Counted from the stretch's first letter, positions 20,549 to 29,510 are shown. The stretch: 64,000 nucleotides of DNA from an uncultured SAR86 cluster bacterium (GCA_902558375.1 CACEDQ010000006.1:634-64633); one strand, 5' to 3'. The notes: generated by a model from the letters alone, not told the origin. Numbers and translations: made by a program.

Positions 20549-20968
20549 TTAAAAGGGACTATCAACCATCTTATTGGTAGCTGATGATGTGGCAATTAAT
20601 TTATCATTTTGAAATAAGAAAGCTTCAGTAAAACATATAGATCTACCCTCTTTTGTTATCTTGGCAGCTGTTTTTAATGGTCCAGGGGCACAAGGTCTTA
20701 AAAATTTAACATCTATATCTAAGGTTAAAGGAATTTGTTTGCCCTTTGATTTATAAATTAAAAATTGAGCCATACAACAATCAAGCATTCCAGTTACAAA
20801 TCCACCTTGAACAACCATCCCATTTGAATGAGTTAATTCTTCCCCTGGGTTAAACTCAACAATAAATTGATCATCATCTGTTGGATATGCATTTGTGATA
20901 TTAAATACTTTTAAAAATGGGGGTACTTCTCTAAAAAACTCTGATATATCTTCTTTTTTATCTGACAT
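20549..20968 (-). CDS. PaaI-family hotdog-fold thioesterase
   Basis: Contains 'NGMVVQGGFVTGMLDCCM', a hotdog motif. I prefer the ATG at 20968 (MSDKK...) over the track's TTG at 20980, which would abut the tRNA. Confidence 0.7.
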   Translation of the reverse strand: MSDKKEDISEFFREVPPFLKVFNITNAYPTDDDQFIVEFNPGEELTHSNGMVVQGGFVTGMLDCCMAQFLIYKSKGKQIPLTLDIDVKFLRPCAPGPLKTAAKITKEGRSICFTEAFLFQNDKLIATSSATNKMVDSPF

Positions 20969-20981
20969 TACAGTTACCAAT

Positions 20982-21073
20982 TGGCGGAGGGAGTGGGATT
21001 CGAACCCACGGTGCCGATGAAAGCACGACGGTTTTCAAGACCGTTACAATAAACCAGACTCTGCCATCCCTCC
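20982..21073 (-). tRNA. tRNA-Ser (anticodon UGA), CCA encoded
   Basis: The reverse complement folds by hand into a cloverleaf. Acceptor stem is GGAGGGA/TCCCTCC. Anticodon stem is ACGGT/ACCGT with loop CTTGAAA. There is a long variable arm GTGC..GCAC. The T-arm is GTGGG-TTCGAAT-CCCAC, followed by discriminator G and CCA. Confidence 0.9.
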
Positions 21074-21089
21074 TGATTCTGAAGTAGCT

Positions 21090-21117
21090 ATTTTATAGGG
21101 TTTTTTAACTTTCGCAA
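21090..21117 (-). promoter_or_regulatory. Putative sigma70 promoter for tRNA-Ser (and the downstream operon)
   Basis: On the minus strand, TTGCGA is followed by a 16-nt spacer and TAAAAT, which ends 16 nt upstream of the tRNA 5' end. Confidence 0.35.
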
Positions 21118-21299
21118 TTACTTTATTTATCCAAAGTGAATTGTTGAGAAGAAACTAATATATGCCTTGTTGATTACAAATTTTTTCAACAGTTTTAGCA
21201 TTAACAACATTTCTTTCATAACATTTTTTTAATTTCTTTTTAAGATAAATATATAAATATGTGTTTAAATAAATGGTATATATTTTATTGGGGGATTTT

Positions 21300-21842
21300 A
21301 TGGAATTTATTGAACAAAATATTCAACTGCTAGCCATAGTATTTGGTGGCTCATTTTTAACAATGTTTATTGCAGCAGCAACTAATAAAGTTACTGTGTT
21401 TAAAGATTATGGTGATTTGTGGTCTACACTGGGATTAATAATATGGCCTGCCATAGGTATTGGGGTCATTGTATATTTAGGTGAACAATCTAGTGCACAA
21501 ATTATAACTCTCAACGATCTATATTTTGGCTCATCAGCAGCAACAGCAACAACAGCTGCAACAGGGCTAATTACATTATTTTGTTTATATAAAACTTTTA
21601 TGAACGCAATAACTTCAAACGGACTTGTAATTGGTTTAATTGTTGGAATTTTTAAAGTACTGTCATCAATAATTATAATCTTCTCAATTTTTGGTTTCAT
21701 AAATAGAATTACAGAAAAAAATAAAAGCCTGGGTAGTAAACTTATCTTTATTACTATTTTTACTATAGTATTTAAATGGATTTTAGATGTTCTTGTTAAT
21801 GGCCATAAAGTAGAAGCTAAGTCATTAGCAAATCAACAGTAA
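21300..21842 (+). CDS. Hypothetical polytopic membrane protein
   Basis: Long ORF with 4-5 hydrophobic helices. The ATG at 21300 is preceded by 'GGGGGA', so I prefer it to the track start at 21273. I recognise no family. Confidence 0.5.
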   Translation: MEFIEQNIQLLAIVFGGSFLTMFIAAATNKVTVFKDYGDLWSTLGLIIWPAIGIGVIVYLGEQSSAQIITLNDLYFGSSAATATTAATGLITLFCLYKTFMNAITSNGLVIGLIVGIFKVLSSIIIIFSIFGFINRITEKNKSLGSKLIFITIFTIVFKWILDVLVNGHKVEAKSLANQQ

Positions 21843-22086
21843 CTATAAATAATCTATCAAAGAACAAGTTGATATAGTTTTAAGATATGCCATATTTATA
21901 TATGGCGCCTTCTGTGTCTATGTTTATTTATCTGATGTAAATTTTGAAGTTTATAAATGGATTCCTTTAGCAATCTTATTACTATTAAGACTGACTATAT
22001 TTGGTAAGCTTTACCGTAAGTAGGTTCTTTTACTTAAAATATAAATAAATTAAAATAAATTTAACAAACCTAAATATAAATAATCT

Positions 22087-22401
22087 ATGACACAAGCACC
22101 TGTATATATGATTGTTAATTTAAAAATTAACGATCCTGATGAATATAGAATTTATGAAAAAGGATTTTTTCCGTTTTTAAAAAAATATAATGGTACTTTT
22201 ATCACTTTTGATGATTCACCAAAATGCCTTGAAGGTAATACACCCAATCAATTTGATAGAGTAATTATATTTTCTTTTCCATCTGAGGAAGAGGCTGATA
22301 ATTGGTGGAACGATGCGGGTTATCAAGAATTGTCCAAACACAGACGAGCTGCTACTGAGATTACTCTTCAAAGAGTTAAAGGAATGCAGCCTAGAAAATA
22401 A
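22087..22401 (+). CDS. DUF1330 domain-containing protein
   Basis: 104 aa. The pattern 'YMIV...DPDEYRIYEKGF...LEG...DRVIIFSFPSEEEADNWWNDAGYQEL' matches the DUF1330 (dimeric alpha-beta barrel) pattern. Confidence 0.75.
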   Translation: MTQAPVYMIVNLKINDPDEYRIYEKGFFPFLKKYNGTFITFDDSPKCLEGNTPNQFDRVIIFSFPSEEEADNWWNDAGYQELSKHRRAATEITLQRVKGMQPRK

Positions 22402-22426
22402 ATATTTATAGTTAAGATATTATTAT

Positions 22427-22684
22427 TTATTTTTTATAGTTTGAACTGCATACCTTAAAAGCATTTTGTTTCTGCTCTCTTTTTAAATCATCATCAGATA
22501 ATTCCTGCTGAGTACTTAAATAAAGCTCCATACAATTCTCAATCTCTACAGCCATTGAAGAAGGCTTTAATTCAATTTGATCTTTAATAGAATTTATTTC
22601 ATCTTTTAATTGATTGTTTTGATATATGAGCAATGTATAGCCAATAGCCAAACAAACAAATATTATTTTTGACCAATTATCCAT
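22427..22684 (-). CDS. Hypothetical small membrane-anchored protein
   Basis: 85 aa with an N-terminal TM helix and then a charged helical region. I recognise no family. Confidence 0.4.
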   Translation of the reverse strand: MDNWSKIIFVCLAIGYTLLIYQNNQLKDEINSIKDQIELKPSSMAVEIENCMELYLSTQQELSDDDLKREQKQNAFKVCSSNYKK

Positions 22685-22694
22685 AATTGCCTAC

Positions 22695-25412
22695 TTATAA
22701 CTCAATAATCTCAACAGGGCCTATATTTAGATTTTTAATACCCTCTTCAATTTTTGATAAATCTCCAACAATGACCCATGTCCATGAATTAGGATTTATA
22801 TATTCTTTTGAAGCACTCTTGACCTCATCAAGAGTAACAGCATTTCTCTTATCAACTATAGTATTTAAATAATTAAAATCTCTATTATTCGTAACAATAT
22901 CCTCTATTCCACCCATTATGGCTCCAAGAGTTTCATATTGACCAGGTAATCTCAATGTTCTAGCTCGTTTAGTCTTATCTAATTCATCGGCTGTTACTGG
23001 ATTTGAAGTAAGATAATTTTCATATTCTTTTAAAATTTCTTGGATAGATTCAATAGTTTTATCAGTTTGAACAGGAGCTCTAACAACCATCAATCTTTGA
23101 CCTTTTGAGCTACTAATTCCTGCTCGTGCTCCATATGACCAACTCTTATCCTCTCTAAGATTCATATTTAATCTAGAGGTAAAACTTCCAGCAATTGCAT
23201 AATTTGAATAATCGATAACAATATCATCTTTTGAATTAGTAGGTGGCAATAATTGACCAGCTGTTATGTATGACTGTATTGCGCCTGGTTTATTTATAAG
23301 ATAAATCCTAGGGTTAGGATGTTTTTTAACATCATTTAAGTTTACTGAAACTAAGCCTTCATCCGACTTCCAATTAGAAAATTTCTTATTAAGAGTGCTT
23401 ACAGCTTCGTCTAGTGAAATGTCACCAACAACAATAAAAGATGCATTCTTTGGATTGGTAAGTTTTTTATGCATTTCAATAAGGTCATTTCTTTTTAGAT
23501 TTGTAATAGATTCTCTATTACCCATACTAGAAGGATTTCCGTATGGATGATCTTCTCCATAAACAAGAGGTCTTATGGCCATAGAAGCCATAGAGGATGG
23601 ATTATTTAAAGCTTGAGCAATTCTAGCTAACCACTGTTTTTTTACTCTTTCTATTTCAGATTCCTTGAAAACAGGGTTTAATAAAGCTTCTTTAAATAAA
23701 TCTAAGGTTTCATCTAGATTTATTTTAAGTGCAGATAGTGAGCCATATGTTGTATCCAATGAAGATCCGAAACCAATACCTGATCCTAGACTATTTAATA
23801 TCTCACTAAATTCTAACGCATCATATTTTTCAGTTCCCTCATCCATCATGGACATTGTGAAGTTGACATAACCCCTTTCTTCAGTGCTTTCAATAGCATA
23901 TCCACCATCAAACATTACTTGCATTTGCACCAAAGGAAGATCATTTCTTTCAACCACAAATACTTTTGAGCCATTATCAAGTTTGCCGATTTTGATTTCT
24001 GGAAAAGAGAAAGTTATTTTATCTGTTGGATAAGGAACTCCCTTTGATCTATCAACTACAGATTCTGTAACTGAAGTTTTTCCTTCAGGTGCTATTGTTA
24101 AGACATAATCACCGCTTGATAACCATTCTCTTGCTACATCTCTAACATCAGTCTTAGACATATTCATATAGCTTTCATATTCAGACCTAAAATAACCAGG
24201 ATCACCGTAAAAAGTCTCATAAGTAGCTAATATGTCTGACTTACCTCCAAAGCCACCAATTCTTTGTAAGCCATTAATTAAGCCGGATACGGTGGACGTC
24301 TTTGCGCTTTGCAATGCTTTTTTATCAGGACCAGTTTGAAGATATTTTTCTAAAGTTGCATCTATTACATCTTCAACCTCATCAACCGAAGAACCTCTGG
24401 AAACATCCGCTGAAATTACAAATAATCCACCAATTTCTCTACCGTAATAATAAGCAGAGACACTTGTAGCTAGTGAATTTTTATATATAAGGTTTTGGTA
24501 AAGCGGGCTATTTTTAGTTCCAGATATTGTAGCTGCAGCTAGTTCCAGCGCTGAACTTTCCGCAGTACCTGCCTCCGGTACATTCCAGACTTTCATAATT
24601 CTAGTTTGTGGAACATTATCAAAAATTATCTCTCTTTTTGAATTAGTTCTTTTAGCTATCCATTTTTTTGGTTTTGCTAAATTCGGACCAGATGGTATAT
24701 CACCAAAAAACTTTTTTGCTTTTTCTTTAGCTGTTTCTAAGTCAATATCTCCAGCTAACACTAATACAGCATTATTAGGACCATAATAGTTTTTAAACCA
24801 TTCTTGTACATCATCCATAGAAGCTGCATTTAAATCATCCATAGAACCTATAACTGACCATGAATATGGATGCCCTTCTGGATAAGCTGATTTAGAAATA
24901 GTATTCCAAGTCATTCCATATGGCCTATTTTCGCCTTGTCTTTTTTCATTCTGAACAACGCCTCTTTGTTCATCAAGTTTCTCTTGGTCAATAACACCAA
25001 GGATATGCCCCATTCTTTCGGATTCCATCCATAAGGCTAAATCTAGAGCATTTGTAGGTACGTTTTGAAAATAGTTAGTTCTATCATTACTGGTCGTTCC
25101 GTTTTGATCAGTTGCACCTATTTTTTCAAATGGCTCAAAGTATTCATTATTATAATTTTCAGTGCCATTAAACATTAAATGTTCAAAAAGGTGAGCAAAT
25201 CCAGTTTTTCCTACATTTTCATTTTTTGAACCAACGTGATACCAAATATTTACAGCAACCATTGGTACTTTTCTATCCTCATGGACAACAACTGTAAGCC
25301 CATTATCAAGGACGAATTTTTCATATTGAATATCAGGTATAGGTAATTGATTTGATGATATTGAGTGTGTAAATAAGATTGATAAAAATGAAAGTAAGAA
25401 TTTGTTTTTCAT
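22695..25412 (-). CDS. Secreted M16 (pitrilysin/insulinase) family zinc peptidase, double-module
   Basis: Signal peptide and the inverted zinc motif 'HLFEHLMFNGT' (HxxEH). At 905 aa it consists of two tandem M16 active/inactive pairs. Confidence 0.9.
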   Translation of the reverse strand: MKNKFLLSFLSILFTHSISSNQLPIPDIQYEKFVLDNGLTVVVHEDRKVPMVAVNIWYHVGSKNENVGKTGFAHLFEHLMFNGTENYNNEYFEPFEKIGATDQNGTTSNDRTNYFQNVPTNALDLALWMESERMGHILGVIDQEKLDEQRGVVQNEKRQGENRPYGMTWNTISKSAYPEGHPYSWSVIGSMDDLNAASMDDVQEWFKNYYGPNNAVLVLAGDIDLETAKEKAKKFFGDIPSGPNLAKPKKWIAKRTNSKREIIFDNVPQTRIMKVWNVPEAGTAESSALELAAATISGTKNSPLYQNLIYKNSLATSVSAYYYGREIGGLFVISADVSRGSSVDEVEDVIDATLEKYLQTGPDKKALQSAKTSTVSGLINGLQRIGGFGGKSDILATYETFYGDPGYFRSEYESYMNMSKTDVRDVAREWLSSGDYVLTIAPEGKTSVTESVVDRSKGVPYPTDKITFSFPEIKIGKLDNGSKVFVVERNDLPLVQMQVMFDGGYAIESTEERGYVNFTMSMMDEGTEKYDALEFSEILNSLGSGIGFGSSLDTTYGSLSALKINLDETLDLFKEALLNPVFKESEIERVKKQWLARIAQALNNPSSMASMAIRPLVYGEDHPYGNPSSMGNRESITNLKRNDLIEMHKKLTNPKNASFIVVGDISLDEAVSTLNKKFSNWKSDEGLVSVNLNDVKKHPNPRIYLINKPGAIQSYITAGQLLPPTNSKDDIVIDYSNYAIAGSFTSRLNMNLREDKSWSYGARAGISSSKGQRLMVVRAPVQTDKTIESIQEILKEYENYLTSNPVTADELDKTKRARTLRLPGQYETLGAIMGGIEDIVTNNRDFNYLNTIVDKRNAVTLDEVKSASKEYINPNSWTWVIVGDLSKIEEGIKNLNIGPVEIIEL

Positions 25413-25510
25413 ATTGTCCCCGGTAAATTTGTATATTCATTATAAGCTTTTTTAATATTTTATAACCAATCTATATTTTTTTATCAAATTTATATAAGTA
25501 CAATCCTAGA

Positions 25511-25801
25511 ATGCTTACACATTCTATTTACTTAATAATTAATGCTATTGGCTTGGTGTATTTAGCAAGATTCGATCATTATGGTTTGTACATCATAATT
25601 GCAAGCTTTTGGGTTGCTGCTTCATTTATTAAATCACTAACAATTCCAGCTATTTGGACCATCGTTATTTTTATGACAGGTTTTGCTCTAATGAGGATCA
25701 CAGGGATTACTTCTAATGTTCCCAGCACATATCAGTTATTAATATTATTTACTGAGATCTTTGTGGCTATTTTAGGGGTTATGTTAATTAAATCAGGATG
25801 A
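25511..25801 (+). CDS. Hypothetical small membrane protein
   Basis: 96 aa with 3 hydrophobic helices. I recognise no family. Confidence 0.4.
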   Translation: MLTHSIYLIINAIGLVYLARFDHYGLYIIIASFWVAASFIKSLTIPAIWTIVIFMTGFALMRITGITSNVPSTYQLLILFTEIFVAILGVMLIKSG

Positions 25802-25907
25802 CGATGCGTTATATGCAATTAACCCAAAACCAAGAACCCCAACAACAACTCCAATTGCAATAATCATTAATAAAATTTTTAATGCTTTAAATAAAATAGA
25901 TGAAATG

Positions 25908-26750
25908 TCATTCATGTTTTTTTTGGGTTCTATTTTTATATAAAATAGTCAAAGCAAGAAGTGTTGGCAATGTTCCTAAAATAATTTCACCAATATAAAT
26001 TTTATTGTAAGGAGTCCCATGAACGTAAATAGCTGTAAGATTAAATATTGCAGCTCCATAATAAATGACACCGGCTGAAAAGAACCAAGTTGGATTTAAA
26101 GTAATAGCACCAAGAATTGAGAATAAGAAGGTAGCTACAAAAAAGGAAGTAAAATCTCTTAAAAGTGCGTTTTGAGCATCATCAGATAATTGATCTAAAA
26201 TAAAACCAAACTCTGCAGCAGCTATGGCTGGAGTAAAAATCCAATTAAGAACAAACCCTAGTAACAAATATGCATAAAAAATACCAAAAAATCTTACAAT
26301 AAAAGTATAAGTTCTATCTACAGAAAAAAGATTGTAGAAGAAATAACCGCCACAGAAACCTGCAACCCAATGGAGAATTTTTCCAGTCAACGATCGATTA
26401 CCACCTAGTAGTTGAGTTTGAAATAAGAGTTCAACCATTAAAATTAAAGCAAAGCCGATTGCAACTGCACCAGCTAATGCATACAGATATTTACCGCCAT
26501 AGTTAGTATATTTAGATATTAAGCCTGCAACACTAAAAGCTAAAATAAAAGCTATTGTAAATACTACAAATAAGGGCATCCCAAGTCTCTGAAAATCAAA
26601 TAAGATAACTTCGAATGATGACCATAATGTGATAGGCATATCAACTGAAGATAACCACAGAAGATTAGATATCGAAGTTATTGGCGTTATTAATAGAACT
26701 GTAAAAAGTGAAGCAGCAAATACAGCAAATATATTTTTTGTTAATTTCAT
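25908..26750 (-). CDS. Hypothetical polytopic membrane protein; its C-terminal domain is paralogous to ORF 37574..37951
   Basis: 280 aa with about 8 TM helices. The start overlaps the dehydrogenase stop (ATGA). The C-terminal ~110 aa align by eye with the 125-aa ORF at 37574 ('WIFTP/WIFSP', 'RDFTSFF/RDFTAFF', 'WFFSAG/WIFSAG', 'IFN'). Confidence 0.55.
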   Translation of the reverse strand: MKLTKNIFAVFAASLFTVLLITPITSISNLLWLSSVDMPITLWSSFEVILFDFQRLGMPLFVVFTIAFILAFSVAGLISKYTNYGGKYLYALAGAVAIGFALILMVELLFQTQLLGGNRSLTGKILHWVAGFCGGYFFYNLFSVDRTYTFIVRFFGIFYAYLLLGFVLNWIFTPAIAAAEFGFILDQLSDDAQNALLRDFTSFFVATFLFSILGAITLNPTWFFSAGVIYYGAAIFNLTAIYVHGTPYNKIYIGEIILGTLPTLLALTILYKNRTQKKHE

Positions 26751-27829
26751 CTTTCTTCAGGTAATACTTTGATTAATTTGCCTCCTGGGCCATCTGTAAG
26801 TAAGTAGATAATTCCACCTGGAGATACTTCAATATTTCTTAATCTTTGATTTAATTCAGAAAATAAGCTTTCTTGATAATTTGTATTATTATTAAATCTT
26901 ACTTTTTTAACGTCCTTTGAAACTAATGCTGTAACCAAAAAGGTATTGGTTAACTCAGGATAAGAGTCTTGTTCATAATAAACCATATCTGATGGAGCTA
27001 TAGAGGGTGTCCAATGAAGCAATGGTTGTTCCATTCCCTCCTTCTCAGTAAAAGGACTTATTACAGCTCCTGAGTAATCGATGCCATATGTAATTGCAGG
27101 CCAGCCATAATTTAATGATGGTTCAATAAGATTCATCTCATCCCCACCTTTTGGTCCATGCTCATGTTCATATACATCACCAGAGCTCGTAATAACTAGT
27201 CCTTGCATATTTCTATGACCGTAAGAATATATCTCTGGAAGAGCGCCTTCAACATTAATAAAAGGATTATCTTTTGGTATTGAACCGTCACTATTAATTC
27301 TAATAATCTTTCCAAAATGATTATCTAAATACTGTGCTTTTTCCCTATGATCAAAACCATCACCACTATTTAATAAAAGCGTTCCATCTTTCATGAATGC
27401 AATTTTTGCACCCAAATGAACAGACGTTCTTCTTGGTGCATTAGCTTCAAATATAACCTTTATATTTTTTAAGGAATTATCAATTAGTTCTGCTGAAGAC
27501 AAGAACAATGTAGATTTGTTATTTTTATCTTTTGCAGAGTAACTCAAATAAATTTTACGATTTAATTCAAATTTAGGATCTAAGATTACTTCTGACAAGC
27601 CTCCTTGACTTGCATAGTGTACAACTGGAGGATTTGATATATCAGTAATGGTTTTATCAACTAAATTAACAATTTTTAAATTTCCAGGTAATTCTGTATA
27701 TAAAATAGTTTCCTCATCTAAAAAGACAAAACTCCATGCGTCATCAAGATCTTCTAATATAGTTTCGTACTTATACGATGCAAATACATTAGATAAAAAA
27801 AACAAAGATAGAAAAATTCTTAAACTCAT
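26747..27829 (-). CDS. PQQ-dependent sugar (glucose/sorbosone) dehydrogenase, soluble YliI-like beta-propeller
   Basis: Signal peptide plus 'HLGAKIAFMKDGTLL', 'GKIIRINSDGSIPKDNPF', 'YSYGHRNMQG' and 'GPKGGDEMNLIEPSLNYGWP'. Confidence 0.85.
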   Translation of the reverse strand: MSLRIFLSLFFLSNVFASYKYETILEDLDDAWSFVFLDEETILYTELPGNLKIVNLVDKTITDISNPPVVHYASQGGLSEVILDPKFELNRKIYLSYSAKDKNNKSTLFLSSAELIDNSLKNIKVIFEANAPRRTSVHLGAKIAFMKDGTLLLNSGDGFDHREKAQYLDNHFGKIIRINSDGSIPKDNPFINVEGALPEIYSYGHRNMQGLVITSSGDVYEHEHGPKGGDEMNLIEPSLNYGWPAITYGIDYSGAVISPFTEKEGMEQPLLHWTPSIAPSDMVYYEQDSYPELTNTFLVTALVSKDVKKVRFNNNTNYQESLFSELNQRLRNIEVSPGGIIYLLTDGPGGKLIKVLPEER

Positions 27830-28116
27830 AATCCCCCTTTTAATTTAATCAAACCTAAAAACCTATTATTAATCTTATGAAAATCACAGGAATTAATAGT
27901 GATAAAACTAATAATATTAAAAATTTAGATTTAGTCATATACTCTAGATTTTACACAGGTATAGATAGTTTCGCACAATAAATAATATAAAATAATTCTT
28001 ATGGATTACTCAACCTACCTTTTAGGAAACTTATTATTTATTGCATTACTGTATTGGGTTGTAAAAAATAAGAATAATTGGTGATGAGAAAATTTTTTTA
28101 CTAAAATAATTTTAAT

Positions 28117-28290
28117 ATGGAAACTGTCTTTATATATTCAATAGTTTGCTTGTTTATCGGGGCTATTATGTGGTCTTTTGAGGGTAGCAAATTCACTGAC
28201 CATGGGAACAATATGAGTATGCTTTTATTCTTTAAATTCAGTAAATGGTTTTTTGTTTTATTGGCTTTTGCTATACCAATAGCTCTTTAA
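28117..28290 (+). CDS. Possible small 2-TM membrane protein (57 aa); not in the ORF track
   Basis: ATG-to-TAA ORF (METVFIYSIVCLFIGAIMW...FAIPIAL) in the largest intergenic spacer. It has no obvious SD. AT-rich DNA easily yields hydrophobic ORFs by chance. Confidence 0.25.
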   Translation: METVFIYSIVCLFIGAIMWSFEGSKFTDHGNNMSMLLFFKFSKWFFVLLAFAIPIAL

Positions 28291-29420
28291 GATTTAGTTA
28301 AATTTTTATTAGGATCATAAAAAGGTTTCTTTACAACAACAGCGCTAAAATAACTACTTCCATCATTAATTGTTAATTCTTGATCTAAGTCTGAATACTT
28401 TATATCAACCATTGCCAAAGCTATATTTTTCTCTAGGCGAGGTGAATATACTGCTGAAGTGACTTTGCCAACTGTTTTATCATCTATCATGACATCCCAG
28501 AACCTCGTATTAGGTCCATTCATTCGATCAGTATTTAAAAATAATCCAACCTGTTTTCTTTTCAACCCATCTTTATTTATTTTAATAAGAGCATCTTTAC
28601 CAATAAAATCAAAATCATTATTTAAGTCAATAAACTTATCCATACCAAGCTCTAAAGGATTTGTATTGATAGTCATGTCAGCATGATAGGAAAGCATACC
28701 TCCCTCAATTCTCCTTATTGTCGAAGTGTGGCCTGGCTTTAAACCCATAGGTTTTCCAATCTTCATAATATGTTCATAAAGTTCATTACCAACATTAGAA
28801 TCAGTAAGAAATATTTCGTATCCTAATTCACTGGACCAGCCTGTTCTTGAAATAATTAACTCAGTATTATCAAATCTAAATCGCTTAAACCAATAATATT
28901 TTAAGTCTGATATTTCTTCTCCAAATATTTTAATCATAATTTCTCTTGATTTGGGGCCTTGAAGTTGAAGCGGAGATACATCTGGTTCACTAACCTCTAT
29001 ATTATAATCAACATTAGCTGCTAAGCCTTGAGCCCAAAAAAGGATGTCGCTATCTGCTAGTGAGAACCAATATTTATCTTCGCTTACTTTTAGCAAAATT
29101 GGATCGTTTAGAACACCCCCATTTTGATTTACCAATATTACATACTTACACTGACCTACTTTCATGTTAGATAAGTCTCTTGGTGTCATCATTTGAACAA
29201 ATTTACTAGCATCTGGTCCTTTGATTTGGACTTGTCTTTCAACAGCTACATCACAAAGAATGGCATCATTTATTAAATTCCAAAAATTTTGTTCTGGATT
29301 TCCGAAATCTCTTGGAATGTACATGTGATTATAGACAGAAAAGTCCTTTGCTCCCCACTTAACTGTGGCATCAAAAAAAGGACTTTTTCTAATTTGTGTT
29401 CCGAAACCAAAATCTTCCAT
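28287..29420 (-). CDS. GcvT-family aminomethyltransferase, DmdA-like (candidate DMSP demethylase)
   Basis: 377 aa. Contains 'SPFFDATVKWGAKDFSVYNHMYIP', 'CDVAVERQVQIKGPDA', 'MTPRDLSNMKVGQCKY' and 'SEPDVSPLQLQGPK'. These resemble DmdA rather than canonical GcvT (which has 'KTPLYD..H'), as far as I recall. Confidence 0.75.
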   Translation of the reverse strand: MEDFGFGTQIRKSPFFDATVKWGAKDFSVYNHMYIPRDFGNPEQNFWNLINDAILCDVAVERQVQIKGPDASKFVQMMTPRDLSNMKVGQCKYVILVNQNGGVLNDPILLKVSEDKYWFSLADSDILFWAQGLAANVDYNIEVSEPDVSPLQLQGPKSREIMIKIFGEEISDLKYYWFKRFRFDNTELIISRTGWSSELGYEIFLTDSNVGNELYEHIMKIGKPMGLKPGHTSTIRRIEGGMLSYHADMTINTNPLELGMDKFIDLNNDFDFIGKDALIKINKDGLKRKQVGLFLNTDRMNGPNTRFWDVMIDDKTVGKVTSAVYSPRLEKNIALAMVDIKYSDLDQELTINDGSSYFSAVVVKKPFYDPNKNLTKS

Positions 29421-29510
29421 TTTGTTTAGCTCCCTATAATGAAATATACATTTACGTTAATACTCTTTCATAGAATATTCAATTTATTTTTTAGGTGATA
29501 AGATTAGGAA

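Noticed and set aside
21853-22023. A stop-free frame encoding a strikingly hydrophobic peptide (...RYAIFIYGAFCVYVYLSDVNFEVYKWIPLAILLLLRLTIFGKLYRK*) in the spacer after the 21300..21842 membrane-protein gene.
   Set aside because: The frame has no ATG, GTG or TTG, and it is +1 relative to the upstream gene. It could be a gene remnant, a frameshift product or chance in AT-rich DNA. I cannot support it as a CDS without comparative data.
21074-22700. A possible tRNA-linked genomic islet: several small hypothetical genes lie next to tRNA-Ser.
   Set aside because: There is no integrase, no direct repeat of the tRNA 3' end, and no visible composition shift. The small genes lie on the 5' side of the tRNA, not the 3' side where islands usually integrate.
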